Below are positions 1 through 9,903 of a stretch of 64,000 bases of DNA, piece after piece. Position 1 is the stretch's first letter. Each line of letters starts with the position of its first letter. A program made the translations under genes and the position numbers. The stretch covers positions 32,001-96,000 of the IMG/VR virus record IMGVR_UViG_3300032893_000005; one strand, given 5' to 3'. The notes beneath the pieces are model-generated. The model did not search any database and was not told where the DNA came from. It saw only the letters and a list, made by a program, of their open reading frames with translations. Source of the DNA: a virus.

Positions 1-351
1 ATCGTTGACGGTCGCCACTGTTATGTTTGACGTATCGCGGCGTACGAACTCACCGTTCTTGTTCTGCGCCGGGATCATATCTAAGATCAGGCGCTCAAGC
101 CAACCAGCAAACTCACGCGACTTGTACTCGCCCCAAGTATCAAGATTTTCGCTCATCTCTTCAGGAACAGTGTCATAAGTGAACTGCCACACGAAAACCT
201 TAGTGATTTTTCTATTCCAGGGCCTGCAGTATGACAACATGCGTTCAGGACTTGAGAACTTGCCAACCTTAAAACCATCGACACCTTCAAAGGTGATGAT
301 GTAGAATCCGGGTAACTTTGGAAGTTCTCTAAACCAGCGAGTAGGTCTCAT
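1..351 (-). CDS. T5orf172/GIY-YIG-like endonuclease (runs off the window start)
   Basis: Manual translation from the ATG at 351 is open to position 1: MRPTRWFRELPKLPGFYIITFEGVDGFKVGKFSSPERM...NGEFV. It carries the Y..KVG.S.P.R and GE(W/F) motifs and is AT-richer than flanking genes. Confidence 0.55.
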   Translation of the reverse strand, partial: MRPTRWFRELPKLPGFYIITFEGVDGFKVGKFSSPERMLSYCRPWNRKITKVFVWQFTYDTVPEEMSENLDTWGEYKSREFAGWLERLILDMIPAQNKNGEFVRRDTSNITVATVND

Positions 352-373
352 AGCCAAGAATATAATTCATGTA

Positions 374-402
374 TTGACCACTCGTCAAGCTACTGCTAAC
401 CT
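374..402 (+). promoter_or_regulatory. sigma70-like promoter upstream of groEL
   Basis: TTGACC-17 nt-TAACCT with a TG extension; GAAGGAG RBS before the ATG at 427. Confidence 0.55.
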
Positions 403-426
403 CAGAAGAGGCAATGAAGGAGAAGT

Positions 427-2232
427 ATGTACCAGAGAGAACTAACGAAAGCGAAGACTGCAGCCAAGACGATGACGTCCGACAAGGACAAACTTAAAGA
501 AATCGTCTTAAGCACCGTTGGACGAGCCGCACGCATGGTCGGCGATACTCTTGGTCCGAACGGAAAAGTTGTCTTGATCGAGAGGCAGGAAAACTTGCCG
601 CCGTTCACCACCAAAGACGGCATCACCGTCTTCAACTCGATGGCGTTCTCGGACCCAACTGCTCAGGCAGTGCTAGAAGTTGCTCGCGACTCGAGTTCCA
701 AGACTAACTCTGAGGCTGGCGACGGTACCACGACCGCAACGATCTTGGCTGAGGCCCTGATTCGACGCGGGTTCGAGTACATCGAGAAGAATCCCCACAC
801 GTCTCCGCAGAAGATCATGCGAGACCTAGAGTTCGCGTTCAAGCAGGTCGTAGAGCCTTTCATTAAGGAGAAGTCTCTCAAGATCCCAGCAAAGGACAGC
901 GACAACCTTCTTCGCAAAGTCTCGACGATCGCAACTAACAACGACGTTGAGATGACCGACGCCGTTCTCGAAGCGTTCGACCTCGTCGGACACAACGGGA
1001 ACATCACCGTGGCGGAGTCTCCCGGATCTTCCGGCTTCGCAGTGGAGCGCGTCGAAGGCTTCCCGATCGCAGTCGGCTTCGAAGAAACTGCCGGTCGCTA
1101 CATCGAAGAGTTCATCAACGACAAGGGCAACTACCGCATCCAGCTCGAGCGTCCGTGGTTCATCCTGTACAACGGAAAGCTCAACGAGCTTGGGCACCTC
1201 CTACCGATCATCGGCATCCTTGGTCAAGGATACGAGGACTCGATCAAGAAGAAGGAGAAGTTCAGCCCGAACGTGGTCGTAGTAGCTCACCAGTTCTCTG
1301 ACCAAGTCCTCTCTGCCTTCGCGTCGAACTTCGCTGACCCTGGCACGCTTAACATCGTACCCCTTCGTACTATGATGACTCAGCAGGCGAACAGCCCGTA
1401 CCACTTCCTGGTGGACCTGTCAGCCTTCACCGGTGCGACCGTGTTCGACCCGCTCACTAAACCGCTCGAGACGGCAAAGCTTGCAGACCTCGGCTTGGAG
1501 ACTATGGACTTGTTCGAGTCATACCGCTACCGCTCCGTCGTGTTTGGAAAACCGCACGAGGTGAACATCTTGGGTAGGGTAGAAGAACTCGAGCAGCAAG
1601 CGAAGCAGGCCGAGAGCATTCTGGACGGAGAGATCCTCCAGGAACGCATGGCACTCCTGACCGGAGGCATCGCTCGCCTGAAAGTACTCGGAAGTTCAGA
1701 AGCTGAGTTGAAGGAGAAGCGTCACCGCGTCGAAGATGCGGTCGCCTCCATCAAGGGAGCGCTCAAGTACGGCGCTCTGCCCGGCGGCGGCAAGACACTG
1801 CTTGCACTTCGCTCTAAGCTGCTCAGCTCTGACGTGTCAGACGCAGTGAAGCAGATCCTCGCTGAGTCCCTCGCAACTCCGTTCGTTCGCTTGCTCGACA
1901 ACGGCGGGTATAACCCCGACGAGATCGGCCAAGTTCTCGGCGGCATGGGAGTAGACCAAGAAGACTCGTTCATGACCACGTACGACGCCCTCAACCACAA
2001 GTTCGGAAACGCCGTATCAATCGGCGTGCTGGACTCCGCTTCTGCCGTCTTGATGGCGATCAAGAACAGCTTGGCCGTCGCCAAGATGCTCATGACCTTG
2101 TCAGGCATCGTAGTGTTCAAGCGCGATCATGCCTTGGAAGACAGCGTCAGCAAGAGTTACGCAGCCGAGCAAGAAGTTATGGAAGCCGCAGTTCAGCGAG
2201 CCTACAAAGAGAAGTTCGAGCCGCCGAACTAA
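427..2232 (+). CDS. groEL: GroEL-like chaperonin
   Basis: Motifs TLGPNGK, TKDGITV, GDGTTTAT, ERMALLTGGIA, ELKEKRHRVEDAV and PGGG. Confidence 0.95.
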   Translation: MYQRELTKAKTAAKTMTSDKDKLKEIVLSTVGRAARMVGDTLGPNGKVVLIERQENLPPFTTKDGITVFNSMAFSDPTAQAVLEVARDSSSKTNSEAGDGTTTATILAEALIRRGFEYIEKNPHTSPQKIMRDLEFAFKQVVEPFIKEKSLKIPAKDSDNLLRKVSTIATNNDVEMTDAVLEAFDLVGHNGNITVAESPGSSGFAVERVEGFPIAVGFEETAGRYIEEFINDKGNYRIQLERPWFILYNGKLNELGHLLPIIGILGQGYEDSIKKKEKFSPNVVVVAHQFSDQVLSAFASNFADPGTLNIVPLRTMMTQQANSPYHFLVDLSAFTGATVFDPLTKPLETAKLADLGLETMDLFESYRYRSVVFGKPHEVNILGRVEELEQQAKQAESILDGEILQERMALLTGGIARLKVLGSSEAELKEKRHRVEDAVASIKGALKYGALPGGGKTLLALRSKLLSSDVSDAVKQILAESLATPFVRLLDNGGYNPDEIGQVLGGMGVDQEDSFMTTYDALNHKFGNAVSIGVLDSASAVLMAIKNSLAVAKMLMTLSGIVVFKRDHALEDSVSKSYAAEQEVMEAAVQRAYKEKFEPPN

Positions 2233-2241
2233 GGAGACACC

Positions 2242-2523
2242 GTGCCACTGTTCCTGTTCAAGTGCAACTTATGCTCTAACGAGATCAAGAAGCTCCTCGA
2301 CAAGCGCCCTGGCTTCCTCCAGTGCGAGTGCGGCGGTGCGATGGAAGTTCAGCAGCCCGACGTTAGCACCACCAGCGTTGAGGTCGTCGACAACGGTGCC
2401 ATGATCAAGAAGGTCGAGCTTCGCCGCGACGCCGTAGCTAAGGCGAAGGAGAAGGGCGATCGGTACATCCAGACTATGGAAACCAGGGATAAGATCTTGA
2501 GGAAAAATGAAGATAACACTTGA
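2242..2523 (+). CDS. FmdB-like zinc ribbon protein
   Basis: MPLFLFKCNLC...CECGG; GTG start after AAGGAG. Confidence 0.65.
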   Translation: MPLFLFKCNLCSNEIKKLLDKRPGFLQCECGGAMEVQQPDVSTTSVEVVDNGAMIKKVELRRDAVAKAKEKGDRYIQTMETRDKILRKNEDNT

Positions 2524-4639
2524 TAGCTGGACCGTCGATGACTTTCAGAGCATCGGCCCCAACCAGACAGTCGAGCTGAGCCCAGGCCTTTGGGCTGTTC
2601 GCGGAGAGAACCAGGACGACGGCGGATCTAACGGGTCCGGCAAGTCCAGCCTCACTCGCGCAATCAAGGTCGGCACGTTCGGCCCCAAGTTCTGCGACGT
2701 CAACGTCGACGAGCTTAGGAACTGGAACGGTAAGGGCAAGGCTAGGATTCGACTCAACTACACAGTCGACGGCCTGTCACTCGCGATCGACCGTACGCTC
2801 GGCGGCAAGCTGAAGGCTTGGCATGACGGCAAGGAACTTGAGGGCACCAGCGAGCAGGTCCAAGAGAAGATAAACGGTATCCTGAAGCTGACTCCAGAGC
2901 AGATCCTCTATCTGACCGACAAGGCTCAGGGATCGTTCGGTGGGTTCCTCCTGAAGAAGGACAAGGATAAGAAGGAGTTCCTGGGCTCGTTCTTCGAGAT
3001 GGAGAAGCTGGAGAGCGCCGCTGAAGAAGTCTCGGAAGACCTCAAGGACAAGCTGTCCGAGGCCGAGTCCACGATGTCCTGGATCAAGCAGCTTCGCACT
3101 AAGGTCGCCGAGATCGAACCATACATCAGCGACGTTACGTCTAAGATCGCCGAGCGCACGTCGCCCGAGTACACAGCACAGCTCGTCCTAACTCAGACTC
3201 AGATCCAAGAGTTGAAGAGTGAGAAGGAAGCTATTAAGACTGGACTAGAGAAGGCTGCCGCCGATCCGTCTCTCCTGAAGAAGGATTGCCCCACTTATGA
3301 TCAGATGGTTCAGGCTGCCGAGAGGTTAAAGTCTGTCGCTGGGAGTACCGGCGAATCGATGGCGGCCATCAATGCTCGACTTACCGAGCTGACTACTAAG
3401 CTAAACAGTAAGGTCGAAGTTCCCAAGGAGATGACGGACTCCCTTGCCATGATCGACCAGGCCATATCGAACTTTCACCAGGTCATGAGTAACAAGGCTA
3501 GCCTCTCTACTCGGGTCACCACTGCGACAGAGGCCATCAGTAAGTCTAGGGCATCCATAGATGCTATGAAGCCAGACACCTGCTATACCTGCGGTCAGTC
3601 GATCTCCTCTCACATATTCGAGGACCTGCGCTCCAAGGCTATGGGCGAGCATGAGAAGTTGGTCATAGCCCATCAGGAAGCTCAGGCCAAGCTAGAAGAG
3701 CTGAACAAGTTCTGCAGCGGCAGCGAGATCGCCGGTCTAACCAGTGCCAGAGACGGCGCCGTCAAGCAGATCGAGGAGTTCAACAAGTCACAGGACTCAT
3801 CCACGCTCAAGGCTGAGGCTGAGGAGCTGAAGGCAAAGCTTACGAACCTGAACTCTCTGGTGGACTCTGCCAAGAGAGAGCTATCGTTCCACGAGCAGAC
3901 CGTCAACACGTACGCAAACAACGCCTTGAGAGAGGCCAGAACTCGAGATGCTGAGATCGACAAGAGCTTGGCATCTCTGAACTTGCTTGTTAAAGAGCGT
4001 GAAGGCCAAGTGGCGTCCTTGAAGGCGTCCCTTACCTCCCTTGAAGCTCAACGCTCAAAGACGGTAGAGGAAGTAAACCGGTCCGAGAAGCAGCATGAAG
4101 AACTCCTGGCCGAGATAAACGTCTTGACGAAGGCAGCCGAAGTTCTGTCGCACAACGGGTTCCTCGGCTACATCTTTGACACCATCCTTGACGAGCTGAA
4201 CGCCAACCTGAACGAGAACCTTAAGTCTATACCGGTCGCGGCTAAGTTCAGCCTGTACTTTACGCCTGACACAGTAGTAAAGACGACCAAGTCGATCAGC
4301 AAGACCATATCTTACAAGCTGTTCTCTGGTACCCAAGAAGTGTCGTTCGCGACCTTGTCCGGCGGTGAGCAACTGTCAGTCATCCTGTCAGTCGACGAAG
4401 CTCTGGAAACTGTACTGAGCAAGCGACTTGGCGTATCCCTGTCCTGGAAGGTGTTTGACGAGCAGTTCTTCTGGATCGACGAGCACAGTAAAGAGTGCAT
4501 CTTGGACTTCCTTAGACTTAAGGCACAAGATAAAGCCTACCTGATCATCGATCACGCTGGTGAGTTCAACGCGGCCATCGACAACAGGATCAACGTCATC
4601 AAGAAGAACGGTATAGCAACGGTCGAGATATGCCAGTGA
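2507..4639 (+). CDS. SbcC/Rad50/gp46-like recombination ATPase
   Basis: Walker A NGSGKSS, long coiled coil with a CYTC zinc hook, signature LSGGEQ, Walker B VFDE, H-loop IIDH. Confidence 0.92.
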   Translation: MKITLDSWTVDDFQSIGPNQTVELSPGLWAVRGENQDDGGSNGSGKSSLTRAIKVGTFGPKFCDVNVDELRNWNGKGKARIRLNYTVDGLSLAIDRTLGGKLKAWHDGKELEGTSEQVQEKINGILKLTPEQILYLTDKAQGSFGGFLLKKDKDKKEFLGSFFEMEKLESAAEEVSEDLKDKLSEAESTMSWIKQLRTKVAEIEPYISDVTSKIAERTSPEYTAQLVLTQTQIQELKSEKEAIKTGLEKAAADPSLLKKDCPTYDQMVQAAERLKSVAGSTGESMAAINARLTELTTKLNSKVEVPKEMTDSLAMIDQAISNFHQVMSNKASLSTRVTTATEAISKSRASIDAMKPDTCYTCGQSISSHIFEDLRSKAMGEHEKLVIAHQEAQAKLEELNKFCSGSEIAGLTSARDGAVKQIEEFNKSQDSSTLKAEAEELKAKLTNLNSLVDSAKRELSFHEQTVNTYANNALREARTRDAEIDKSLASLNLLVKEREGQVASLKASLTSLEAQRSKTVEEVNRSEKQHEELLAEINVLTKAAEVLSHNGFLGYIFDTILDELNANLNENLKSIPVAAKFSLYFTPDTVVKTTKSISKTISYKLFSGTQEVSFATLSGGEQLSVILSVDEALETVLSKRLGVSLSWKVFDEQFFWIDEHSKECILDFLRLKAQDKAYLIIDHAGEFNAAIDNRINVIKKNGIATVEICQ

Positions 4640-5004
4640 TGAAGCGGGTACAGAAGAAGACAGACACGCCTGATAACGTGTGGAGAGAGATCTCGATGGA
4701 AGACCTCGTCTTCGTCTGCTACGGTCCGATGGGCGACTCTCGGGCCGTCATGATCGACCGCGATGACAAGGCCAAGGTAAAGACTCTGTACGTATTCCAG
4801 TCAAAGGATGCCGCAGTGCACTACGTGAAGGAGATGGGATCAAACTTCTTCAGCGGAGAAGTGAAGCTTGGCTTCCTGATCGAGAAGCTTCGGTCAGTGT
4901 ACGAAGAGGAAAAGGATCACCAAGTCAAGTGTGTATTGACAGGCCTGGAGCAAGACGGTATCCTGTACGAACTTGACGTTCTATGGCAATTATTCACTCA
5001 TTAA
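4630..5004 (+). CDS. hypothetical protein
   Basis: Collinear ORF overlapping the previous stop. Confidence 0.6.
   Translation: MPVMKRVQKKTDTPDNVWREISMEDLVFVCYGPMGDSRAVMIDRDDKAKVKTLYVFQSKDAAVHYVKEMGSNFFSGEVKLGFLIEKLRSVYEEEKDHQVKCVLTGLEQDGILYELDVLWQLFTH
4936..4964 (+). promoter_or_regulatory. sigma70-like promoter
   Basis: TTGACA-17 nt-TATCCT, about 50 nt upstream of the ORF at 5014. Confidence 0.6.
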
Positions 5005-5013
5005 GGAGTCACG

Positions 5014-5298
5014 ATGGACGAAGCTAAAGAGAACAAGCTGCAGAAGCTGATGAAGAAGGTCGAGGAGACTTTCGTCGATTCAGTTCGTGCTGCGAGCAAC
5101 GAGAAGTTACGTGACGAGATCATCAAGTTGACCGGCGAGATCGACGAGCAGATGGAGTCGAAGAAGAACAACACCGTACTTGCAGAGCACCGCGCCAACG
5201 CGAAGGCTTTGGCTGACGGATACAACAACGTGATCAAGGATCGCAAAGACCGCATCTCATTGATCATGCTTCTGCTGGAGAGTCGGGGAAACCTGTGA
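5014..5298 (+). CDS. small coiled-coil protein
   Basis: AAGGAG RBS; helical charged sequence. Confidence 0.65.
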   Translation: MDEAKENKLQKLMKKVEETFVDSVRAASNEKLRDEIIKLTGEIDEQMESKKNNTVLAEHRANAKALADGYNNVIKDRKDRISLIMLLLESRGNL

Positions 5299-6218
5299 AA
5301 CTTTTCGCCCCGGTCCTTATGTTCCTCGCACTTCCCTCGCTGGCGATCGCCGAGCAGAACATCATTCAGAGAGTTGCTCCGAGCATCCACAAGGTCATTA
5401 CCTTCAAGAACCGTAAGGAAGACGACGTTAGTGGGTACGCCACTGCGTTCTTCGCAAAGCTACCTGACGGAAAAGTTCTCGGCATCACCAACAACCACGT
5501 CTGCGCCGTGATGATCGGAAAAGGTCGCGAGACGTTTCTTCGACTCGTCGACAGTAAGGAGAAGATCAACTACGACAAGGAAGCCTTGAAGGTCGACAAG
5601 ATCTCCATGGCCATGGGCGAAGACATCTGCTTCTTCTCCGTGAAGGGAGAGCCCGGCTCTTACCTCGAACTAGGCAACGACGTCACGAAGCTGGACAAGA
5701 TCTCTGTGGTCGGCTATCCCGGCATGCAGTTTAACATCATAGCCGAAGACGGTTACTCGTCCGACTCCATCACCCTGAACGAGGCCGCTGATTTAGTTAA
5801 ATGCCTTGGACCAGTCAACAACGAGTTCGACTACCTGATGTGCAACTCATTCAAAGGCGTGACCTTAAGTTTTCACGACGTTAGTCAGTTCCAGATCACT
5901 CCGAACATTGGGCCAGGATTTTCTGGTTCTCCAGTGATCGATCCACAAGGTAAAGTCATAGGTCTTATCGCAAGGTACGTTGAGCCTACTGAGGAGTACA
6001 CGAACGGACACGGCCTGTTCATACCAGTAAGTAAGATCAAGAAGTACGCCGAGAAGGTCGAACTCTTGAGTCCTGATGATAACCGTGTCATACTGTTCAA
6101 CTTCACTAGAAACGTAGGCATCGGCATCCATGAGTTCCTGGAGTACCAGCAGCGCGAGCGAGAGCAGTTCATCAAAGAATTACCGAAGAGGTTGATGCGT
6201 GAAAGTAATGGCCCTTGA
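5295..6218 (+). CDS. secreted trypsin-like serine protease
   Basis: N-terminal signal peptide; catalytic triad contexts TNNHVC, EDIC and GFSGSP. Confidence 0.88.
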   Translation: MKLFAPVLMFLALPSLAIAEQNIIQRVAPSIHKVITFKNRKEDDVSGYATAFFAKLPDGKVLGITNNHVCAVMIGKGRETFLRLVDSKEKINYDKEALKVDKISMAMGEDICFFSVKGEPGSYLELGNDVTKLDKISVVGYPGMQFNIIAEDGYSSDSITLNEAADLVKCLGPVNNEFDYLMCNSFKGVTLSFHDVSQFQITPNIGPGFSGSPVIDPQGKVIGLIARYVEPTEEYTNGHGLFIPVSKIKKYAEKVELLSPDDNRVILFNFTRNVGIGIHEFLEYQQREREQFIKELPKRLMRESNGP

Positions 6219-6780
6219 TCCAGCAGGCGAGTCGTTCGGAGTAGTGGTCTTAGAACCCACTCCGTCCGGCATGCTAGGCATCTCCTGGAGTCACCTCCTC
6301 TCTGCCCCTTCAGAGTGGGGCATCTCCCAGAAGAACTGCTACATGGCACACGCCGTTGCCGCGATGATCGCCCTAGAAAAGCCTGATCACGTAGTAAGCG
6401 AGAAGCCTTGGGGCATGGGGTTCTCGAAGCAGTCTCTAACCGAGCTGATCGGCGCGATAAAGGCTGAGATCTGGGATGACATATCGTGGCAAAGCATCTC
6501 CGAGGCACGACGCTCTGTGCTGGGAGACGGATGGGGAGACTCCACGAAGCAGATGTCTGCCGAGTGGATCGAGCAATACCCCTGGTCACCCGGAGCTAAG
6601 AAGTTCATCCGCGCACAGCTTGAGAAGGCCAACCCGGAAACCAAGGATGGGTACGACATCCTAGATGCAATTCTACATGGCTTGTGTTTTATGGTGAGCA
6701 AGGGTATTATAGCTCCTAAGCACAAGGAGCCTAAGGCTAAGAAGGAAAGAAAGAAGAAGGTGAAAGATGCAGTCGTTTGA
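6199..6780 (+). CDS. RuvC-like Holliday junction resolvase
   Basis: ALDPAGESFG, VSEKP and DILDAI acidic motifs of the RNase H fold. Confidence 0.75.
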   Translation: MKVMALDPAGESFGVVVLEPTPSGMLGISWSHLLSAPSEWGISQKNCYMAHAVAAMIALEKPDHVVSEKPWGMGFSKQSLTELIGAIKAEIWDDISWQSISEARRSVLGDGWGDSTKQMSAEWIEQYPWSPGAKKFIRAQLEKANPETKDGYDILDAILHGLCFMVSKGIIAPKHKEPKAKKERKKKVKDAVV

Positions 6781-7588
6781 TCCAGATGAGTATAACATGG
6801 GAGATCAAGCTGACCAGCTCATCCAAGAAGTTCAGCAGACCGAGGCTGAAGAGGCACAGGTAGAAGCTGAGACTGACGAGGCCCTCGCCGCCGCCATGAT
6901 GCGGATGGAAGAGGCAAACCTTTGGAAGATCCTCATCAAACAAGACGTGTTCGAGCAAGGTTCTGCCCGTCCCGAGATCCTTACCGCAGCTAACAAGAAG
7001 TTGAAGAAGTTTGCACTTACGCAGCTCAACCAACTCTTAAACATTGGCCAGCAAGAGCAAGAGAAGAAGCAGGAGTTCCCCCTCTCTAGGGAAGAGATCT
7101 TCGCACTGAAGGTACTCGCCTCCCGCCTTCTCAAGACAGAGACTCCGTCTGTGCCAGTCCCGACCGATACCGAGCGCGTTCCGAGCGTTAGGACCGTTGC
7201 CGCGCCTGAGCCGTCTGTTCGTACGGTATCTGCCGCCGAGCCGTCAGTGCGTAAGGTAGCTCCTGCTCAGCCGCAGCAGAGACAGGCTCCTCCAAAGCAG
7301 CCTGGAAGGGTAGCTCCTAAGGTTCCAGGTCGTACTCCTAAGAAGGGTGCCGACGCTGGATATGCCTTACCTAAGAATCGACGCCCTATGCCGACAGCAG
7401 ACCAGCTGATCGGAACCATGCAGCAGCCTAAGGTCGCGGTTACCGCTGAAAACATCTCTCAGCGAGACATGAACGTCGTAAACCCGCAAGACCTTGTGAG
7501 TAATTTAGTTCAGCAGTTGACCGGCGGTAACGTAGTAGCGAACGACACGTCGACCACTGATGCAGATGACGTTAACTCAAGAATGTAA
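6767..7588 (+). CDS. hypothetical protein with internal 10-aa repeats and a Pro/Gln-rich linker
   Basis: Collinear ORF; PSVRTVAAPE/PSVRTVSAAE/PSVRKVAPAQ. Confidence 0.7.
   Translation: MQSFDPDEYNMGDQADQLIQEVQQTEAEEAQVEAETDEALAAAMMRMEEANLWKILIKQDVFEQGSARPEILTAANKKLKKFALTQLNQLLNIGQQEQEKKQEFPLSREEIFALKVLASRLLKTETPSVPVPTDTERVPSVRTVAAPEPSVRTVSAAEPSVRKVAPAQPQQRQAPPKQPGRVAPKVPGRTPKKGADAGYALPKNRRPMPTADQLIGTMQQPKVAVTAENISQRDMNVVNPQDLVSNLVQQLTGGNVVANDTSTTDADDVNSRM
7181..7270 (+). repeat. three degenerate 30-bp tandem coding repeats
   Basis: ccgagcgttaggaccgttgccgcgcctgag / ccgtctgttcgtacggtatctgccgccgag / ccgtcagtgcgtaaggtagctcctgctcag. Confidence 0.8.
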
Positions 7589-7611
7589 GTAAACACGAAC
7601 AGGAGAAAACA

Positions 7612-8322
7612 ATGTCCGACTCTACCCAAGAACAGCCACTCGCAGCGCCCAACGATCCAACCTCGGCACCACCTCAGGCACCGGCGCAAGATGCCGCTCC
7701 TGCTCAGTCGCCAGAACAGCCTCCTCAGGCACCGGCGGCACCGGTAGCTCCTCCTGCTCCCAAGCAAGAGGCTCCAAAGACCTTCTTGCAGCAGTTCAAC
7801 GACCTGCAGGCTGCAGTTGCCCACCACGGACGACTCTTGCAAGAAGTTGAGATGGCGTTCTCGATCACCGGCGCTACGATGAACGAGAGCATCAACGAGC
7901 AGCAGCTCATCACTGACCAACTTCAGGCCATCTACCTCCTCTCAGAGGAAGGAAAACCTCTGACTCGCGTCAACGTCGCGAACAAGGTCAACGACCTGCG
8001 CATCCTGGAAGTGCAAGCTCGCCTGAAGAAGGACGAGGAAGAAAACATCATCCGTAAGATTGACACCGTCAGCCTGCGATCGATCATCGTATACGACGAC
8101 TCTCAGAAGAACGAGGCCTACGCTGTGAAGCCGGTCTCGAAGCTTCCCAAAGAGTTGTCTGACCAGTTGGTCGGCAAGAAGGCTGGTGATACCGTCGGAA
8201 CGATGAAGATCACGGCCATCTACGAGATGGTACCGCAGACTGAACGCCAAGCGGCTCAAGAAGCCAAGGCCGCAGCACTTGCTGCCGCACAATCAGCAGC
8301 TCCGACTGCTCCCCAGGGGTAA
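7612..8322 (+). CDS. hypothetical protein with Pro/Ala-rich N-terminus
   Basis: AGGAG RBS; collinear ORF. Confidence 0.7.
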   Translation: MSDSTQEQPLAAPNDPTSAPPQAPAQDAAPAQSPEQPPQAPAAPVAPPAPKQEAPKTFLQQFNDLQAAVAHHGRLLQEVEMAFSITGATMNESINEQQLITDQLQAIYLLSEEGKPLTRVNVANKVNDLRILEVQARLKKDEEENIIRKIDTVSLRSIIVYDDSQKNEAYAVKPVSKLPKELSDQLVGKKAGDTVGTMKITAIYEMVPQTERQAAQEAKAAALAAAQSAAPTAPQG

Positions 8323-9578
8323 TGATGAGTAAATCTAAGGCCGAGAAGTCTGTAGCTGACTCAGTCGCTGCAGACATTCGCCTGGTAGCCAAGGCTGCAG
8401 GCGTAGAACCCTGGACTCTGACGAAGGCGCAGTACAACAAGTTCGGAGGTAAGTTCTCCGAGTGGGACGTACGTAAGATTGGCGGCTTCAACAGCGTTCG
8501 CAACTCCTACTTCGCTCCGCAAGAGCCCAAGGATCACGCAATCATATCCGACATGAGCGAGATCCGCCGGGAGTACAACAAGCTCCTGAAAGACTTTGGC
8601 GACGTCGAGAGACTTCACAAGCGAGTCAGAGAGTCTTTGGTTAAGATGCCGAAGATGTCTGGCCCGATGTACAAGCCTAAGAAGGCCACGGCCAAGATCG
8701 AGCGTACCGTAAACGCGGTATGGTCAGATCACCACGTAGGATCTGACATCGTGGCTAAGGAGACCAACATCAACTACGGCAAGGTCGAGGAAGCTCGTGC
8801 CTTGGCAGCCTTAACCCTCAACATCGCAGAGTATAAGACTCAGTACCGGGACAACACCCGACTGAACCTCTTGATCCTCGGCGACTTGATCGAGAACGAG
8901 CTGCACGATCGGACGTCCGCTGACCTCCTGCATATCCAAACGTGCCGTGCGATCTTCATATATCCTCAGGCCATACGGTTCTTAGCATCTCAGTTCCGTA
9001 GGATCGACGTATCGTTCGCAGTTGGTAACCACGGTCGCGATACTGCTGTTCATCACAGTCGTGCCACGGCCCTCAAGTACAACGCGATCGAGACCACGAT
9101 CTACTACGCTATCCGCATCGCCATGTCTGAGTACAAGAACGTGTTCTTCCATCAGCCGATGACTCCTTGGGTTGAGTTCGATGCGTCTGGGTATCGCGGG
9201 TATGCGACTCACGGCGATACCAACTTGAATCCAGGCAATCCTGGCAAGAAGGTGAACATCGAGAGCCTGGAGAACCAGACCAACAAGATCAACGCTTCCT
9301 TGAAGGACACCGACGAGTACAAGATCTTCGTCTGCGGCCACATCCACCAAGCATTGCATACTAGGCTGTCAAACGGAGCACACCTCTTCCTGAACGGAGC
9401 ACTGACGCCGCCGAACACCTTCGCTCAGACCCTAAACATCATGGAAGCACCTCAGGTGCAGGTCATGTGGGAGTCTGTTCCGGGGTACCCCGTCGGCGAC
9501 GTCCGGTTCGTCGATGCATCTGACTCAGCGGGAAAAACAAAACTTGATCAGATCATCACGCCGTTCAAGGAGTTATGA
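8322..9578 (+). CDS. calcineurin-like metallophosphoesterase/exonuclease with N-terminal helical domain
   Basis: Motifs SDHHVG, GDLIE, GNHG, HGD and GHIH. Confidence 0.85.
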   Translation: MMSKSKAEKSVADSVAADIRLVAKAAGVEPWTLTKAQYNKFGGKFSEWDVRKIGGFNSVRNSYFAPQEPKDHAIISDMSEIRREYNKLLKDFGDVERLHKRVRESLVKMPKMSGPMYKPKKATAKIERTVNAVWSDHHVGSDIVAKETNINYGKVEEARALAALTLNIAEYKTQYRDNTRLNLLILGDLIENELHDRTSADLLHIQTCRAIFIYPQAIRFLASQFRRIDVSFAVGNHGRDTAVHHSRATALKYNAIETTIYYAIRIAMSEYKNVFFHQPMTPWVEFDASGYRGYATHGDTNLNPGNPGKKVNIESLENQTNKINASLKDTDEYKIFVCGHIHQALHTRLSNGAHLFLNGALTPPNTFAQTLNIMEAPQVQVMWESVPGYPVGDVRFVDASDSAGKTKLDQIITPFKEL

Positions 9579-9594
9579 TCGTAAGAGAGGCGGC

Positions 9595-9903
9595 ATGGGC
9601 CGAAACTCTAGGAGAAGCGAAGAACCTCGGGATGAGACTCTTCGCGGTAAGCTACGTGAGATGCACAAGGAGCTTAGACGTAAAGACCAAGAGATCCACC
9701 ATCTCCGAGCGGAGATAGACAGGCTCAAGGGACGGTCTAAGGTCAAGGAAAAGGAACCCGTTCGATCCCCAGAGAACCTTTGTCCTAACTGTGGCAGAGG
9801 TCACCTGGACATGGTAGAGATCCCGCGCAGAGGGATGGCGCCACTTAACTTCTTGTCCTGTGACTTCTGCGAGTACAAGGTCAAGAAAAATGACGGAAGA
9901 TGA
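9595..9903 (+). CDS. coiled-coil plus zinc ribbon protein
   Basis: CPNC...CDFC; start adjusted to the ATG after GAGG. Confidence 0.6.
   Translation: MGRNSRRSEEPRDETLRGKLREMHKELRRKDQEIHHLRAEIDRLKGRSKVKEKEPVRSPENLCPNCGRGHLDMVEIPRRGMAPLNFLSCDFCEYKVKKNDGR

Noticed and set aside
7181-7270. CRISPR-like or DGR repeat
   Set aside because: These are in-frame degenerate 30-bp coding repeats with no spacers and no reverse transcriptase nearby.
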